IMG/VR virus record: IMGVR_UViG_3300042479_000659
Length of the DNA: 20,000 nt
Direction: 5' to 3' (one strand)
From: an uncultured virus (IMG/VR IMGVR_UViG_3300042479_000659)
Lineage: Duplodnaviria > Heunggongvirae > Uroviricota > Caudoviricetes
Every line of letters begins with the position of its first letter. Positions within the stretch are counted from its first letter, which is position 1. Of the stretch, positions 5,297-14,764 are shown in pieces. Both the position numbers and the translations under genes were made by a program. The notes under the pieces were generated by a model. The model made no database searches. It was not told where the DNA came from and saw only the letters and a program-made list of their open reading frames with translations.

Positions 5297-6229
5297 ATGA
5301 TTGAAATACACGGTCCTACTTACACCTACTCTGGCGAGATTCTGTCCAGCCCCGAAATTATTTTGGTTCGTGACCACCACTATAGTCCCGACGAACACTG
5401 TTATCATGTGGAAAAATTATTGGAAAACAGTTCATGTGATCCGCAACAGCATCTGTTGGTATTTGATCATGTGACAGTACAAGAAGGATTAACTGAATAT
5501 CCGTATGTTTGTTTACCTATGTTTTTGGCCCGAGAAAATAAAGAATTTATACATCAAGACATACAACCAGATTGGAGCCGTAAAACAGCTACATTCAACT
5601 TTATGATCAACAAACCCAGATCCAACAGACGTCGATTGTTGGCATTAATCGAACAACATAAATTAACCAATTATTGTCATTCTCTTGCGTGGAAAACAAA
5701 TGACATTAATACCATACCTGTAACCAACTATGTCTTTGGCCCCGAAGTTGCGATGGACCAAGGAGTTCGTAACGGTTCATTTAAAAATGCACACACCTAT
5801 AATAAATTGTTGCAGAAAACAGTGTTTGAACCCACTTGTATTTCTTTAATAACTGAACCTGCGTATTATGAAAAAGAAACCATAGTAACAGAAAAGACAC
5901 TGATGGCATTATACGCAGGAACTATTCCAATGTGGGTCGGCGGTTGGCGCATAGCAGATTATATGGCCAGCATGGGATTTGATGTGTTTGATGATGTTGT
6001 TGATCACAGTTACCAAACAGAGTTGGATCCTGGTCGCAGATGTGATCTTGCAGTGGAACTTAATCTTGGATTGCTGACCAACTTTGATCTGGCACACCGC
6101 AGTCTTAATTTAGTACGTCTACAGCACAATTATGATCTGTTGCAACAAAATGTGTTTTTAAAAGATGTGTTAGAAAAAGCCCGACAGCGACCAGAGTTGC
6201 AGTCAATAGTTGCGCAGGAACTTTTCTAA
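5297..6229 (+). CDS. Glycosyltransferase-like protein (GT10-like C-terminal motif), distant paralog of 3577..4671
   Basis: ISLITEP...VTEKTLMAL....PMWVG.....MASMGFDVFDDVVDHSY signature. Confidence 0.6.
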   Translation: MIEIHGPTYTYSGEILSSPEIILVRDHHYSPDEHCYHVEKLLENSSCDPQQHLLVFDHVTVQEGLTEYPYVCLPMFLARENKEFIHQDIQPDWSRKTATFNFMINKPRSNRRRLLALIEQHKLTNYCHSLAWKTNDINTIPVTNYVFGPEVAMDQGVRNGSFKNAHTYNKLLQKTVFEPTCISLITEPAYYEKETIVTEKTLMALYAGTIPMWVGGWRIADYMASMGFDVFDDVVDHSYQTELDPGRRCDLAVELNLGLLTNFDLAHRSLNLVRLQHNYDLLQQNVFLKDVLEKARQRPELQSIVAQELF

Positions 6230-6568
6230 ATCACCATACAGTTGTGCCATGACTGCTTCACGACTGCCAAACATATAAACACCGGTTGGAATACGTTTGT
6301 CTATTCTAATGTAATACGGACTTTGCAGTTTACGGTCAAGAGTTAACACAATGCGTCGGTTGCCCGGTGTTGGTTTAATTTCTAGTTCATAATGTGCCAG
6401 ATCTAACACACGACTGAATACATAAAATCCATGTTCGGTAAGACGCAGGCCACCAGTCTTGCGAATGTTTGCCCACCAAGTCTTAACAGCAACTTCAACG
6501 GGCTCGGCAAATTCTTCTGGCAGATTGGCCACCAGTGCTTGGGTTAATTTTAGTTTATCACGCACCAC
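6203..6568 (-). CDS. Hypothetical phage protein
   Basis: 121-aa ORF overlapping the upstream gene in the same operon; exact start uncertain. Confidence 0.7.
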   Translation of the reverse strand: MVRDKLKLTQALVANLPEEFAEPVEVAVKTWWANIRKTGGLRLTEHGFYVFSRVLDLAHYELEIKPTPGNRRIVLTLDRKLQSPYYIRIDKRIPTGVYMFGSREAVMAQLYGDLEKFLRNY

Positions 6569-6854
6569 TGGGCTGAACTGTGTCGCCCTGGGTCAACAAT
6601 ACCACAGTGAACTTGTCGGTCTTGAACTGTGCGTTTAGTTTCTTTGAAAGATTGTGTGCATGGCCGGGATTGGAGAAACTGACTTTCTTGTACTTGGGCC
6701 CAGGGTGTTGCACTAACATGTTGCTGGTTTTGAGATTGATAGGAGAGTTGTTGTAGAACACAGCCCACACTCCTGCTGACGATAAAACCTGTTCAGTTTT
6801 GTACGTGGTTTTGTTTGTCAGTTCTAGAATAACTTTGGGTTTTGGTCTTGACAT
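6558..6854 (-). CDS. Hypothetical basic phage protein
   Basis: 98 aa, AGGAG SD and CATAAATA motif upstream. Confidence 0.8.
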   Translation of the reverse strand: MSRPKPKVILELTNKTTYKTEQVLSSAGVWAVFYNNSPINLKTSNMLVQHPGPKYKKVSFSNPGHAHNLSKKLNAQFKTDKFTVVLLTQGDTVQPSGA

Positions 6855-6897
6855 TCATTAAACTCCTACATTTATTTATGACAAATATAGGGACTTT

Positions 6898-7104
6898 TTA
6901 AAATGCTCCGCCCTTCATTTCCACTGTGATTTCGCTTTCTTGTGCGGCATTTACAGCAGATTCTCTTGCAGCCTGTAGTGCGATCAACAGCCTGGTAAGG
7001 TCAGCATGCAGGTCCTTGGCATCTTTAATGGGCATGGTAAAGTCTCTGGCACCACGTGCTTCAAAGCCTTGAAGGCGTTCAATAAATTTTTGTATGTGTA
7101 TCAT
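6898..7104 (-). CDS. Hypothetical protein (68 aa)
   Basis: ATG 7104 overlaps the upstream TGA stop (ATGA coupling). Confidence 0.7.
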   Translation of the reverse strand: MIHIQKFIERLQGFEARGARDFTMPIKDAKDLHADLTRLLIALQAARESAVNAAQESEITVEMKGGAF

Positions 7105-7469
7105 CTTGTCAAGTATCCTTTTAAGTCTGGCGGAGTCCATCCCACTGGCTTGAGCACTTTACCATCTTCGCGTTTACGCACCCGGCCTGTTTCGTGATCA
7201 ATCTTGGCAAAGTTGGTTGCCATAACTTCTTTCCAGGCACCCTCGGCATCAAATCCTGCTGAATGAATGGCACCAATTGTAACAACCAATATATCGATCA
7301 GCGCATCCAGTTGTTCAGTCAAGTCATCGGCTTCAACTGCTTCTTGCAGTTCTCGATGCTCTTCGTCTATTAGACTCAAATACATTTTATATTGTGAAAT
7401 AGAGTAGGCATCAACCTTTTGGTCACAGGCCTTCATGAACTTTTCTTGATCTCGGAATGGATTTGTCAT
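7101..7469 (-). CDS. MazG-like / PRA-PH nucleoside triphosphate pyrophosphohydrolase
   Basis: EEHRE...EQLDALID acidic motif, EVMATNFAK, REDGKVLKP..W.PPDL C-terminus. Confidence 0.85.
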   Translation of the reverse strand: MTNPFRDQEKFMKACDQKVDAYSISQYKMYLSLIDEEHRELQEAVEADDLTEQLDALIDILVVTIGAIHSAGFDAEGAWKEVMATNFAKIDHETGRVRKREDGKVLKPVGWTPPDLKGYLTR

Positions 7470-7903
7470 AGTGTCACTTGTTCTTTGTTCTTAAACGGGC
7501 CTTGGTAAGGATAGCGTTGTAGTGCAATCAGTTTGGGATCCTGAATGATCTTCCAATTTCGTCCACGCTTGATAGAATACCATCCTGCGGCAAACCAACT
7601 TTTGCTTTTGGCAGTCTTGGTATAAATTGGCAAGTGATGCACCACGTCCCACACAGGATTATAACAACGACCTGCTACCGGATACCCGTGTACCACGGTA
7701 TTGTCAGGTTTGGATGTTGTTTCTTCTTTGGCAAATACAATGTTTGATTCTTTGGCTGCAAGTTTGATTGTTTTAAATTGCTTTACTTGATTGTTGATAC
7801 GAACTTGATATCCGCCATTCCATGCTTCGATGTTGCCAACTTTGCGATCATCTTCTTGTAAGATCCAAAACTGTTTGTCTGCTACGACTTTAGCTACTAA
7901 CAT
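7466..7903 (-). CDS. Hypothetical phage protein
   Basis: 145-aa ORF with AGGAG SD, coupled to its neighbours. Confidence 0.8.
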   Translation of the reverse strand: MLVAKVVADKQFWILQEDDRKVGNIEAWNGGYQVRINNQVKQFKTIKLAAKESNIVFAKEETTSKPDNTVVHGYPVAGRCYNPVWDVVHHLPIYTKTAKSKSWFAAGWYSIKRGRNWKIIQDPKLIALQRYPYQGPFKNKEQVTL

Positions 7904-8897
7904 TTAAAACTCCTTTGTATGTTTCATTTAACCAACGGCCAAACCCTTCAGCATTTTCACTACACCGTACTAGATCATACTTGCCGCAAAATTGCATAAA
8001 CCTTACGCCCACCTGTCCGATATCCTTGTGCGAGATCTGTTCAATGATAGCAAGATCCACTGTGTCTTTTACTGCCTGTGGTTGATGTGTAAGATCAATC
8101 AACTGACGATTGCGTTCATAGTCATCCAACACACGGTGTTCTTCACCGTTATGGTCGGTCCATCTTTGCAACATCATGTTGTTCCAGTTGTAGCCTTTGG
8201 TTGTACGGTCTGCAAATGCTTCTTGTAGACCCACCTTGTTCTTGGTGCCTTTTGTTCGCACACCAGGAAATGCACTAAACACATTGTCGCTGGTATCGCC
8301 ACGCATACATTTTTCGAACAACAACCATGCAGGATCAGGAATCTGTTTGGGTTCCTTGGTCTTCTTATCAACTACAGGTCGACCTTTGGCATCATAGATG
8401 CCTTCGGTGGTGATAAGTTCGTCTGTGATACCATTGTATTGTTTTACGTTTGCGGCCAGCAACTGCACAAAATCTGTGTCGCTACTGATCACAATGTGTT
8501 CGTCTTGGGGATGTAGAGCAATCCAGCGGGCAATAATGTCATCGCCCTCTGCAGTGGGACATCGAATCACACTGCAATTGGTTCTTTCTGACAAGTATTT
8601 AGTCAAATTATCATACGTTTCCCAGAACATTTTATCTTCTTCTGCTTCTGTTTCTGTAAGCGCGGCACGGGCTACAGCACGGTTTGCTTTGTAGGGTTTG
8701 TAGTGATCTTTGCGCCAGCTACGTCCCTCCAGTGCAAAAACAACATGGTCTGCTTCAAAACGTTTAACAACCTTGTTGGCACTCATCAGCGTTGTGTGCA
8801 GTGCTACTCCAACTTTTTCCCATGGATCTGACGCACGAAATGCAGTGTGCCTTGCACGAAAAAACATATTAGCTGTGTCAATTAACACATAACGCAT
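7890..8897 (-). CDS. rnh: T4 RNase H-like 5'-3' exonuclease (FEN/PIN fold)
   Basis: LIDTAN, SWRK..Y..YKANR, EGDDII, SSDTDFVQL, GDTSDNV motifs; start reassigned to MRYVLID at 8897. Confidence 0.9.
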   Translation of the reverse strand: MRYVLIDTANMFFRARHTAFRASDPWEKVGVALHTTLMSANKVVKRFEADHVVFALEGRSWRKDHYKPYKANRAVARAALTETEAEEDKMFWETYDNLTKYLSERTNCSVIRCPTAEGDDIIARWIALHPQDEHIVISSDTDFVQLLAANVKQYNGITDELITTEGIYDAKGRPVVDKKTKEPKQIPDPAWLLFEKCMRGDTSDNVFSAFPGVRTKGTKNKVGLQEAFADRTTKGYNWNNMMLQRWTDHNGEEHRVLDDYERNRQLIDLTHQPQAVKDTVDLAIIEQISHKDIGQVGVRFMQFCGKYDLVRCSENAEGFGRWLNETYKGVLNVSS

Positions 8898-8905
8898 AGA
8901 GAACC

Positions 8906-9607
8906 TTAGACTTTGTTGTGGGTATTGATATATTGTAACATAAAACGATTCCAAAAGCTATGGCCATCCTTGCCAAAATGCCAAGAATTGGGTGCAACTG
9001 TTTCTATTCCAGCGGCTCTGATTCGAGCATTGTATGTGCCTTCTGAGTTGTATGGGTCAATATAACTGTTGCCCCATTTTTTTGATTTCTTAATGCTACT
9101 AAAATCATTATTACCATTGAAGAAGATATGATTAACGCCCAGTTTGTTTAGTTCGGTATGTAACTGCCAAATTTCATCGTGCGCTTGTTGGGTCTTTTCT
9201 TTCCAATCTACTCCAACCACAAACTCTTTGTAGCGTTGTTTATGCTCGTCGGGGACATCATCCTGGCCACTGGCACCAATTTGATAATACACCCCATCAA
9301 TCAGCCACTCTTCTCGTTCCCAGGTGCTCCATTGTATTACCATTAGCACTTCTTCGACATGATGTATTTTTTTTAACCAATCTCTGGTTGTGCGTAAAAT
9401 TCTAGTGTTACTACTGGCACTTTCAGCATCACAGTGAAAACTGGCTCGTAGTGCATCGCTTAATCGCCTGCCCCAACTCACTGCTAAGTTTTCTGGATGC
9501 GGAGCACGACCCATGTAAAACAACTGTCCATCGTCCATGGCAAATGCATGCGGATTAACTGCTTCGGCAGCCGCAGTGTGGCTATCACCGTTTACATAAA
9601 GAATCAT
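8906..9607 (-). CDS. SGNH/GDSL-like hydrolase or acyltransferase
   Basis: N-terminal NGDSH, ASSN.RI, IQWS..ER, C-terminal WHF...GH. Confidence 0.65.
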   Translation of the reverse strand: MILYVNGDSHTAAAEAVNPHAFAMDDGQLFYMGRAPHPENLAVSWGRRLSDALRASFHCDAESASSNTRILRTTRDWLKKIHHVEEVLMVIQWSTWEREEWLIDGVYYQIGASGQDDVPDEHKQRYKEFVVGVDWKEKTQQAHDEIWQLHTELNKLGVNHIFFNGNNDFSSIKKSKKWGNSYIDPYNSEGTYNARIRAAGIETVAPNSWHFGKDGHSFWNRFMLQYINTHNKV

Positions 9608-10290
9608 ACAATGTTGTGTTTTGTAATATGGTCATGCATGACATTTGCCCACTGAGTATGAGCCGCACTTTCGTAGTGTTGCCACCCTGGAGTTATTTCT
9701 TTATAACCTTGGTGATGGCACCATTCAGTGTAGATTAATTCTTTAGAGTACGGTGTTAAAAATACATTGTTCCAGTCAAGTTGGGTCACTTCGACTGGTA
9801 AAATAAACTCGTCAAACGCATTGAAAAACAAATGCGGAATTTTTTTGTACTCTAACAGCTTGTGTATGTTAAAAATTTTATTGTGCCAATATGCACCTTG
9901 CACCAAACGCCAGTGCCCATCGCGTTGCACATTTTCAACATAATGTTTATATCGATCGTTGTATTCTTCAGGAACAGGAATACCTACTCCAATTTGATTT
10001 ATTTCCCAAAATCGTCCCTTGCCCCACTCGTCCACTAAAAACCATTGCACTCGACTAAACTGTGTCCATCCAATCACTACCAAGTCAGGTTTTGGACTGC
10101 TGGGATTGTTTAAAAAATCCAGTGTTTGTTCGTAAATTAAATCATTGCTTGCACCCGGTGTTGCATCATTGATAAATTTTGTTTTGTATTGCCCGTTGAA
10201 TTTTTCGGCCAACTTAGGTGCCATTCCGTGAGTAGACTCCGGCAACTCTGTGCCAGCTACATTGCTATCACCGTTGAAATATATTAGCAT
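9604..10290 (-). CDS. SGNH/GDSL-like hydrolase or acyltransferase (paralog)
   Basis: NGDSN, PGASNDLI, IGWT...R, QHY...AH; start reassigned to ATG 10290. Confidence 0.65.
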   Translation of the reverse strand: MLIYFNGDSNVAGTELPESTHGMAPKLAEKFNGQYKTKFINDATPGASNDLIYEQTLDFLNNPSSPKPDLVVIGWTQFSRVQWFLVDEWGKGRFWEINQIGVGIPVPEEYNDRYKHYVENVQRDGHWRLVQGAYWHNKIFNIHKLLEYKKIPHLFFNAFDEFILPVEVTQLDWNNVFLTPYSKELIYTEWCHHQGYKEITPGWQHYESAAHTQWANVMHDHITKHNIV

Positions 10291-10673
10291 TATGACACTT
10301 CGGATCGGCCATCCCCTATGTCGCGACTTTTCACCACACGATTGGGATTGTTTGCCATTTCTTGTTCCCATGTTTCCATCACAACATGACGACAAACATT
10401 CTGGAACCACCGATCAACAATATCTGAATCTTTGTCGTCAGGTTTGCCTTGATATCCGGCACGAATCAAATTGGCAACAAACTTATCATTCCAGTCCAGT
10501 TCAAATGCACCTTGATGCATGTTCTCAGGATCCACTTGCATGCTGAGAATTGCCACATATGGCTCGCCTTTTTCTGTGGCAATTTCTTTTTCAGTTTTTA
10601 CTGGTACCTTGGGCTTGGGCTCAGCCTTGACTTTGGGTTCAGGTTTCTTTTTAAATCTATCAAAAAATCCCAT
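10290..10673 (-). CDS. Hypothetical phage protein
   Basis: 127 aa, MGFFDRFKK N-terminus, AAGGAA SD. Confidence 0.8.
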   Translation of the reverse strand: MGFFDRFKKKPEPKVKAEPKPKVPVKTEKEIATEKGEPYVAILSMQVDPENMHQGAFELDWNDKFVANLIRAGYQGKPDDKDSDIVDRWFQNVCRHVVMETWEQEMANNPNRVVKSRDIGDGRSEVS

Positions 10674-10682
10674 ATAGTTTCC

Positions 10683-11783
10683 TTAGAATAAATCCACAGT
10701 TTCCCAAGGCAAATAGTCTTTGCCAAAGTGTCCGTAGTTGGTTGTGCTACTGTAGATAGGACGGAAGAGATCAAACCGTTCAATAATGCCTCGAGGTGTT
10801 AGGTCAACGTTGTCTTGCACCCACTTGGTCAATTCACGACTTTGTGGTTTGTGGTCTGTTTCAACGTAAAAGCTCATGGGCTGTGCCATGCCAATGGCAT
10901 AACTGATCTGCACAGTTGCCCAATCTGCTCGACCACTGGCCACAATGTTCTTGGCAATCCAGCGTGTCAAGTAGGCAGCACTGCGATCAACCTTAGTGGG
11001 ATCTTTTCCCGAGAAAGCCCCGCCACCATGAGGACTATACCCGCCATACGTGTCAACAATAATCTTGCGGCCAGTAAGCCCAGTATCACCATCGGGGCCA
11101 CCAACGACAAATCTACCAGTGGGGTTAATATAAAATTCAGTTTGATTATCAATATAATTTTTAGGAAGAATATTACGGATAATCGATTCTACTTTGTTGC
11201 GGAGTAACGCTGTTTCAATTTCATCGCTATGTTGTGTAGAACAAACAACTTTAGCGATGCGTTTGGGTGTGCCAGCATCATTGTACTCAAATGTCACTTG
11301 GCTCTTGGCATCTGGGCCTAGCCATTCAATGCCCAGTTCCTTGCGTTGTCGTGCAAGTTCTTCCACAATACGATGGCTCCAATAAATGGCACTGGGCATG
11401 TGTGTATCGGTTTCGTTACAAGCATATCCAAACATCAGTCCCTGATCTCCGGCACCAAATGTGTCTGTGCCCAGTGCAATGTCTACACTTTGCCCATGTA
11501 ACAAATTGGTGATCTCAACAGTGCGCCAATCAAACCCAGACTGTTCGTATCCAACGTCTTTGATAACTCTGCGTACTGCTGATTCAACTTCTTCGGCATG
11601 TAAGATGCCTTTGTATTCGCCAGCAACCACAACACGATTGGTAGTCACTAGTGTTTCACAAGCACAGCGTAGTGCAGGATTTTCCTTGGACATTACCAAG
11701 TCCAGAACAGCATCGCTAATAGCATCTGCAATTTTATCCGGATGTCCTTCGGATACACTTTCACTTGTAAATAGATAACTCAT
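10683..11783 (-). CDS. metK: S-adenosylmethionine synthetase
   Basis: FTSESVSEGHPDK, GAGDQG, GLTGRKIIVDTYGG, HGGGAFSGKD.TKVDRS; start at MSYLF (AAGGAA SD). Confidence 0.98.
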   Translation of the reverse strand: MSYLFTSESVSEGHPDKIADAISDAVLDLVMSKENPALRCACETLVTTNRVVVAGEYKGILHAEEVESAVRRVIKDVGYEQSGFDWRTVEITNLLHGQSVDIALGTDTFGAGDQGLMFGYACNETDTHMPSAIYWSHRIVEELARQRKELGIEWLGPDAKSQVTFEYNDAGTPKRIAKVVCSTQHSDEIETALLRNKVESIIRNILPKNYIDNQTEFYINPTGRFVVGGPDGDTGLTGRKIIVDTYGGYSPHGGGAFSGKDPTKVDRSAAYLTRWIAKNIVASGRADWATVQISYAIGMAQPMSFYVETDHKPQSRELTKWVQDNVDLTPRGIIERFDLFRPIYSSTTNYGHFGKDYLPWETVDLF

Positions 11784-11793
11784 TAATTTCCTT

Positions 11794-12648
11794 TTATTTT
11801 CCCCATCCATTGCCCCAAAGATCCACATGCAATCTTGGAGTATAGTAGTATCCACGCACAAGTGCCCAGTCTGCAACATTCACACGATTCTCTGCATATG
11901 GAGCAACAACACCACCTTGTGGCATAACATATACCACACCTTCAAATCCTGCGGCACGATAAGCAGCCACAGCACGATCTACTTCTTCAAAGTGTACTTC
12001 GCTGTCAATCACAAACTTAAGATACACAGTACCAAAGTTTTGATAGTCTGCAACAATCTCGGGTTTAATTGCCTCTGCCCATGCTTCTCCACTGGCACTG
12101 AGTTTGGGACTGACAGAGAATGTAAGTTCATTGTGTCCAGCAAGCCATGTGTTAAGATATTCTCTAAACTTGGGCTGTAACTTTTGAGTACCATTGGTCT
12201 CAAATGTAACATTCTTAATGCCACGCATATCGTCATGATCAAACAAGTCTTGATATGTACGTTGCCATCCCAGCAATGGCTCACCACCTGTGATCACAAG
12301 ATGTGTGTCATTGCCTGTGCGATTGGTCCAACGACGGTCAGGAATCAAGTCTAGCATTTTGTTTACTAGTTCATCAATCTCATATGTAGGGCTGAGTTCT
12401 TTGAAGTCAGGATGCCAACTTGCATAGCTGTCGCAACCAGTGTTTACAAGCGGCAGCTCTTCAAATGTTTTGTACAAGTGTACGTTCTTGGCAACTTCAT
12501 CTGCTTCGGTGCTTTTCTCACCAGGCCGGCACCCGAAACCTGCACAGGTAAAGTTACATCCAAATGTGCGTAAAAACACACTGGGTACACCAATAAAGCG
12601 ACCTTCGCCTTGTGCCGAATAGAATAGTTCTGATACTTTTAATTTCAT
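11794..12648 (-). CDS. queE: 7-carboxy-7-deazaguanine synthase (radical SAM)
   Basis: ELFYSAQGEG, FLRTFGCNFTC...GCDS, TGGEP, ETNGT, SVSPKL, PRLHV.LW. Confidence 0.9.
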   Translation of the reverse strand: MKLKVSELFYSAQGEGRFIGVPSVFLRTFGCNFTCAGFGCRPGEKSTEADEVAKNVHLYKTFEELPLVNTGCDSYASWHPDFKELSPTYEIDELVNKMLDLIPDRRWTNRTGNDTHLVITGGEPLLGWQRTYQDLFDHDDMRGIKNVTFETNGTQKLQPKFREYLNTWLAGHNELTFSVSPKLSASGEAWAEAIKPEIVADYQNFGTVYLKFVIDSEVHFEEVDRAVAAYRAAGFEGVVYVMPQGGVVAPYAENRVNVADWALVRGYYYTPRLHVDLWGNGWGK

Positions 12649-12653
12649 GTACT

Positions 12654-12683
12654 ATTATACAATAATTGTTTATGACTTGTCAA
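12654..12683 (-). promoter_or_regulatory. sigma70 promoter for queE-metK, probably giving a leaderless mRNA
   Basis: TTGACA-18 bp-TATAAT, then only 5 nt before the queE ATG. Confidence 0.75.
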
Positions 12684-13581
12684 CTAAATTTTTAATAATT
12701 CGTTTGACACCTTGCTCAAATGACATTGGTTTATAATCGGACATGACCGATCTCAATTTGTCAATGTTGGGTCTACGTGTTGCAGTACTGCCGGCCTTGC
12801 CAGGTGAGGTAGTCCACTCAGGGTCAGTGTGACCCAGTTCTTCGGCAATGACTTTTACTGCGTCCCGAATGGTAATTTCTCTATCATTGCCTATGTTGAA
12901 CAGTTCACGTGTTTGTGTTTTGGCGCAGAAAATCGTGGCTCGAACAGCATCTTCTACATGACAAAAACTGCGTGTTTCTTCTGGACCAACAACTTCAAAT
13001 ATACCATTTTGAATCTTGGCAATTTGATCTGCTAAGAAATGTCCGGCCTTGCTGTTGTCGCCGTACACGTTAAAGTACCGTATCATCACATAGGGCAACG
13101 GTGAATTGGTCAAGTAGTTTTCTGCACAGATCTTGGGCAAACGATAACTCCATCTGGCATTGTGAATATTGTTGATTGTGATATCTGTATGCTCAGCAAC
13201 AGGACTAACCGGATCGTCACTTACTACTTCACTGGAACTAGCGTACACTAGTTTTTTTAACTGTTTATTCATGCCGGCAAATTCAAACACATTGAAGTCA
13301 CCCACCATGTTGTTCCATAACACTTGGTTAGGACGCTCGTAAAAGTTCTTGGTTCCGTTGATTGCACCATAGTGATAGATGTAATCAAAGTCCACAGGCA
13401 AGTCTGCGTAGGCCACATCGCCAGCAGTCAAGTCTACATCAATAAACTTGTCACAGGGCGGTATGGTTGAACTACGACTATGGTTGTCCATGGCCCATAC
13501 TACATTTTTTTTATCGTGTTTGAGTTGGCGGCAGATTTCTGTGCCTAATAAGCCGCTGGCACCGGTTACTAATATTTTCAT
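12670..13581 (-). CDS. NAD-dependent NDP-sugar epimerase/dehydratase (extended SDR)
   Basis: TGASGLLG, ASSSEV, YRLPK (YxxxK), RYFNVYG, TRSFCHVED. Confidence 0.92.
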   Translation of the reverse strand: MKILVTGASGLLGTEICRQLKHDKKNVVWAMDNHSRSSTIPPCDKFIDVDLTAGDVAYADLPVDFDYIYHYGAINGTKNFYERPNQVLWNNMVGDFNVFEFAGMNKQLKKLVYASSSEVVSDDPVSPVAEHTDITINNIHNARWSYRLPKICAENYLTNSPLPYVMIRYFNVYGDNSKAGHFLADQIAKIQNGIFEVVGPEETRSFCHVEDAVRATIFCAKTQTRELFNIGNDREITIRDAVKVIAEELGHTDPEWTTSPGKAGSTATRRPNIDKLRSVMSDYKPMSFEQGVKRIIKNLVDKS

Positions 13582-14351
13582 TTGATAAATTTCTCGTTGT
13601 CGTCGATTACACTTTGAATCAGTTTAAAGTCAAGTCCCAGTTTCTTGATCAAGTTATTCCACGCACTGGTGTCTTTGGGCAAGCAATGTCCGCCGTAGCC
13701 ACGTGTGTTTTTATTGGCCATCAAGTATGCAGGGTTGATACAATCACGTTGAGTAATTGCATTGTACACATTCATGTAGTTGGCGTCTAGTTTTTGACAA
13801 ACTTCATAAGTGACGTTGGCAAATGTCACTTGCATGGCATGGTGAACATTGTTAAAGTACTTGACAATTTCTGCTTCTGTAGGTTTAACGCAGGCCACAT
13901 GCTTGGGATAAAACCCATGAATCTTCTTAATCAATTCAAAGTCCTCTTCACGATGGCTGCCAATGATCAACAGGTCATGATTGTGAATAAAGTCTGCCAA
14001 TGCAGTCTTGGCACGTAGGAACTCTGGCACACTACAGATTTTCATACGTGGATACTCTGCACTGAGCCGTTCGCTGGTGCCCGGTACCACTGTACTTTTA
14101 ACTGCAATCAATCCTCGGTAGTTTAGTCCATCAAGATCTTTGATTACATTTTCTACAATGCTGGTATCGCAGTCTCCGTTTGGTGCTTGATTGGTTGGCA
14201 CACTGACAAAAACACAATCAGCGTCTATAACGTCCATGATAGAAGATCCTTCGTATGCAGGATCAAAGAAACACATGTTATGGCCCAGATACTCTAGTCC
14301 TTCGTACACTGCTTTGCCCACAGTGCCTTTACCAATTACACCCACGTTCAT
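13578..14351 (-). CDS. UDP-glucose/GDP-mannose dehydrogenase family protein (short form)
   Basis: GKGTVG, KSTVVPGT, PEFLR, EAEIVKYF.N, GYGGHCLPKD; ends without the C-terminal UDP-binding domain. Confidence 0.9.
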   Translation of the reverse strand: MNVGVIGKGTVGKAVYEGLEYLGHNMCFFDPAYEGSSIMDVIDADCVFVSVPTNQAPNGDCDTSIVENVIKDLDGLNYRGLIAVKSTVVPGTSERLSAEYPRMKICSVPEFLRAKTALADFIHNHDLLIIGSHREEDFELIKKIHGFYPKHVACVKPTEAEIVKYFNNVHHAMQVTFANVTYEVCQKLDANYMNVYNAITQRDCINPAYLMANKNTRGYGGHCLPKDTSAWNNLIKKLGLDFKLIQSVIDDNEKFIK

Positions 14352-14764
14352 TTGTCATCCTCTGGAATGATCGAATCCACTCTGTACGTGTCAGTTTCGT
14401 AGTCTTCTCCGCCACGTGGGCCTTCGGCAAAGGCAATGAATGTACAGCCATCCACAGTGGTTTTCATTGCGTGAATCTCATTGGGCGGACTGATAATAAA
14501 GTCACCTTTTCTGGCCAAGAATTCGGTAGGTGTTCCATCACTGTCTACAGGTTTGCTGTAATACACCATGCTGCCTGTGAGCACATAGGTATATTGAGTA
14601 GTGTGTTTGTGATAGTGATTACCACGTACTGCCCCGGCTGTGTTGGTAATCAAACAGGCGTGATTGACCCCGGCCTTGTAAAAGATATCTGTAATTGTGC
14701 CGCGATCGTCGCTGAACGTTCCTAGCCCTGTTTCGTTGTTGTTGTAAATGTTGTATTGTTTCAT
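14348..14764 (-). CDS. Cupin, NDP-sugar isomerase/epimerase-like (FdtA/RmlC-like)
   Basis: DDRG, RGNHYH....Y.YVL.G, P.E.HA motifs. Confidence 0.75.
   Translation of the reverse strand: MKQYNIYNNNETGLGTFSDDRGTITDIFYKAGVNHACLITNTAGAVRGNHYHKHTTQYTYVLTGSMVYYSKPVDSDGTPTEFLARKGDFIISPPNEIHAMKTTVDGCTFIAFAEGPRGGEDYETDTYRVDSIIPEDDK

Noticed and set aside
7890..11879. Long N-terminal extensions in the ORF track for rnh (8954), the second SGNH gene (10410) and metK (11879)
   Set aside because: They overlap upstream genes; downstream ATGs at 8897, 10290 and 11783 match family N-termini
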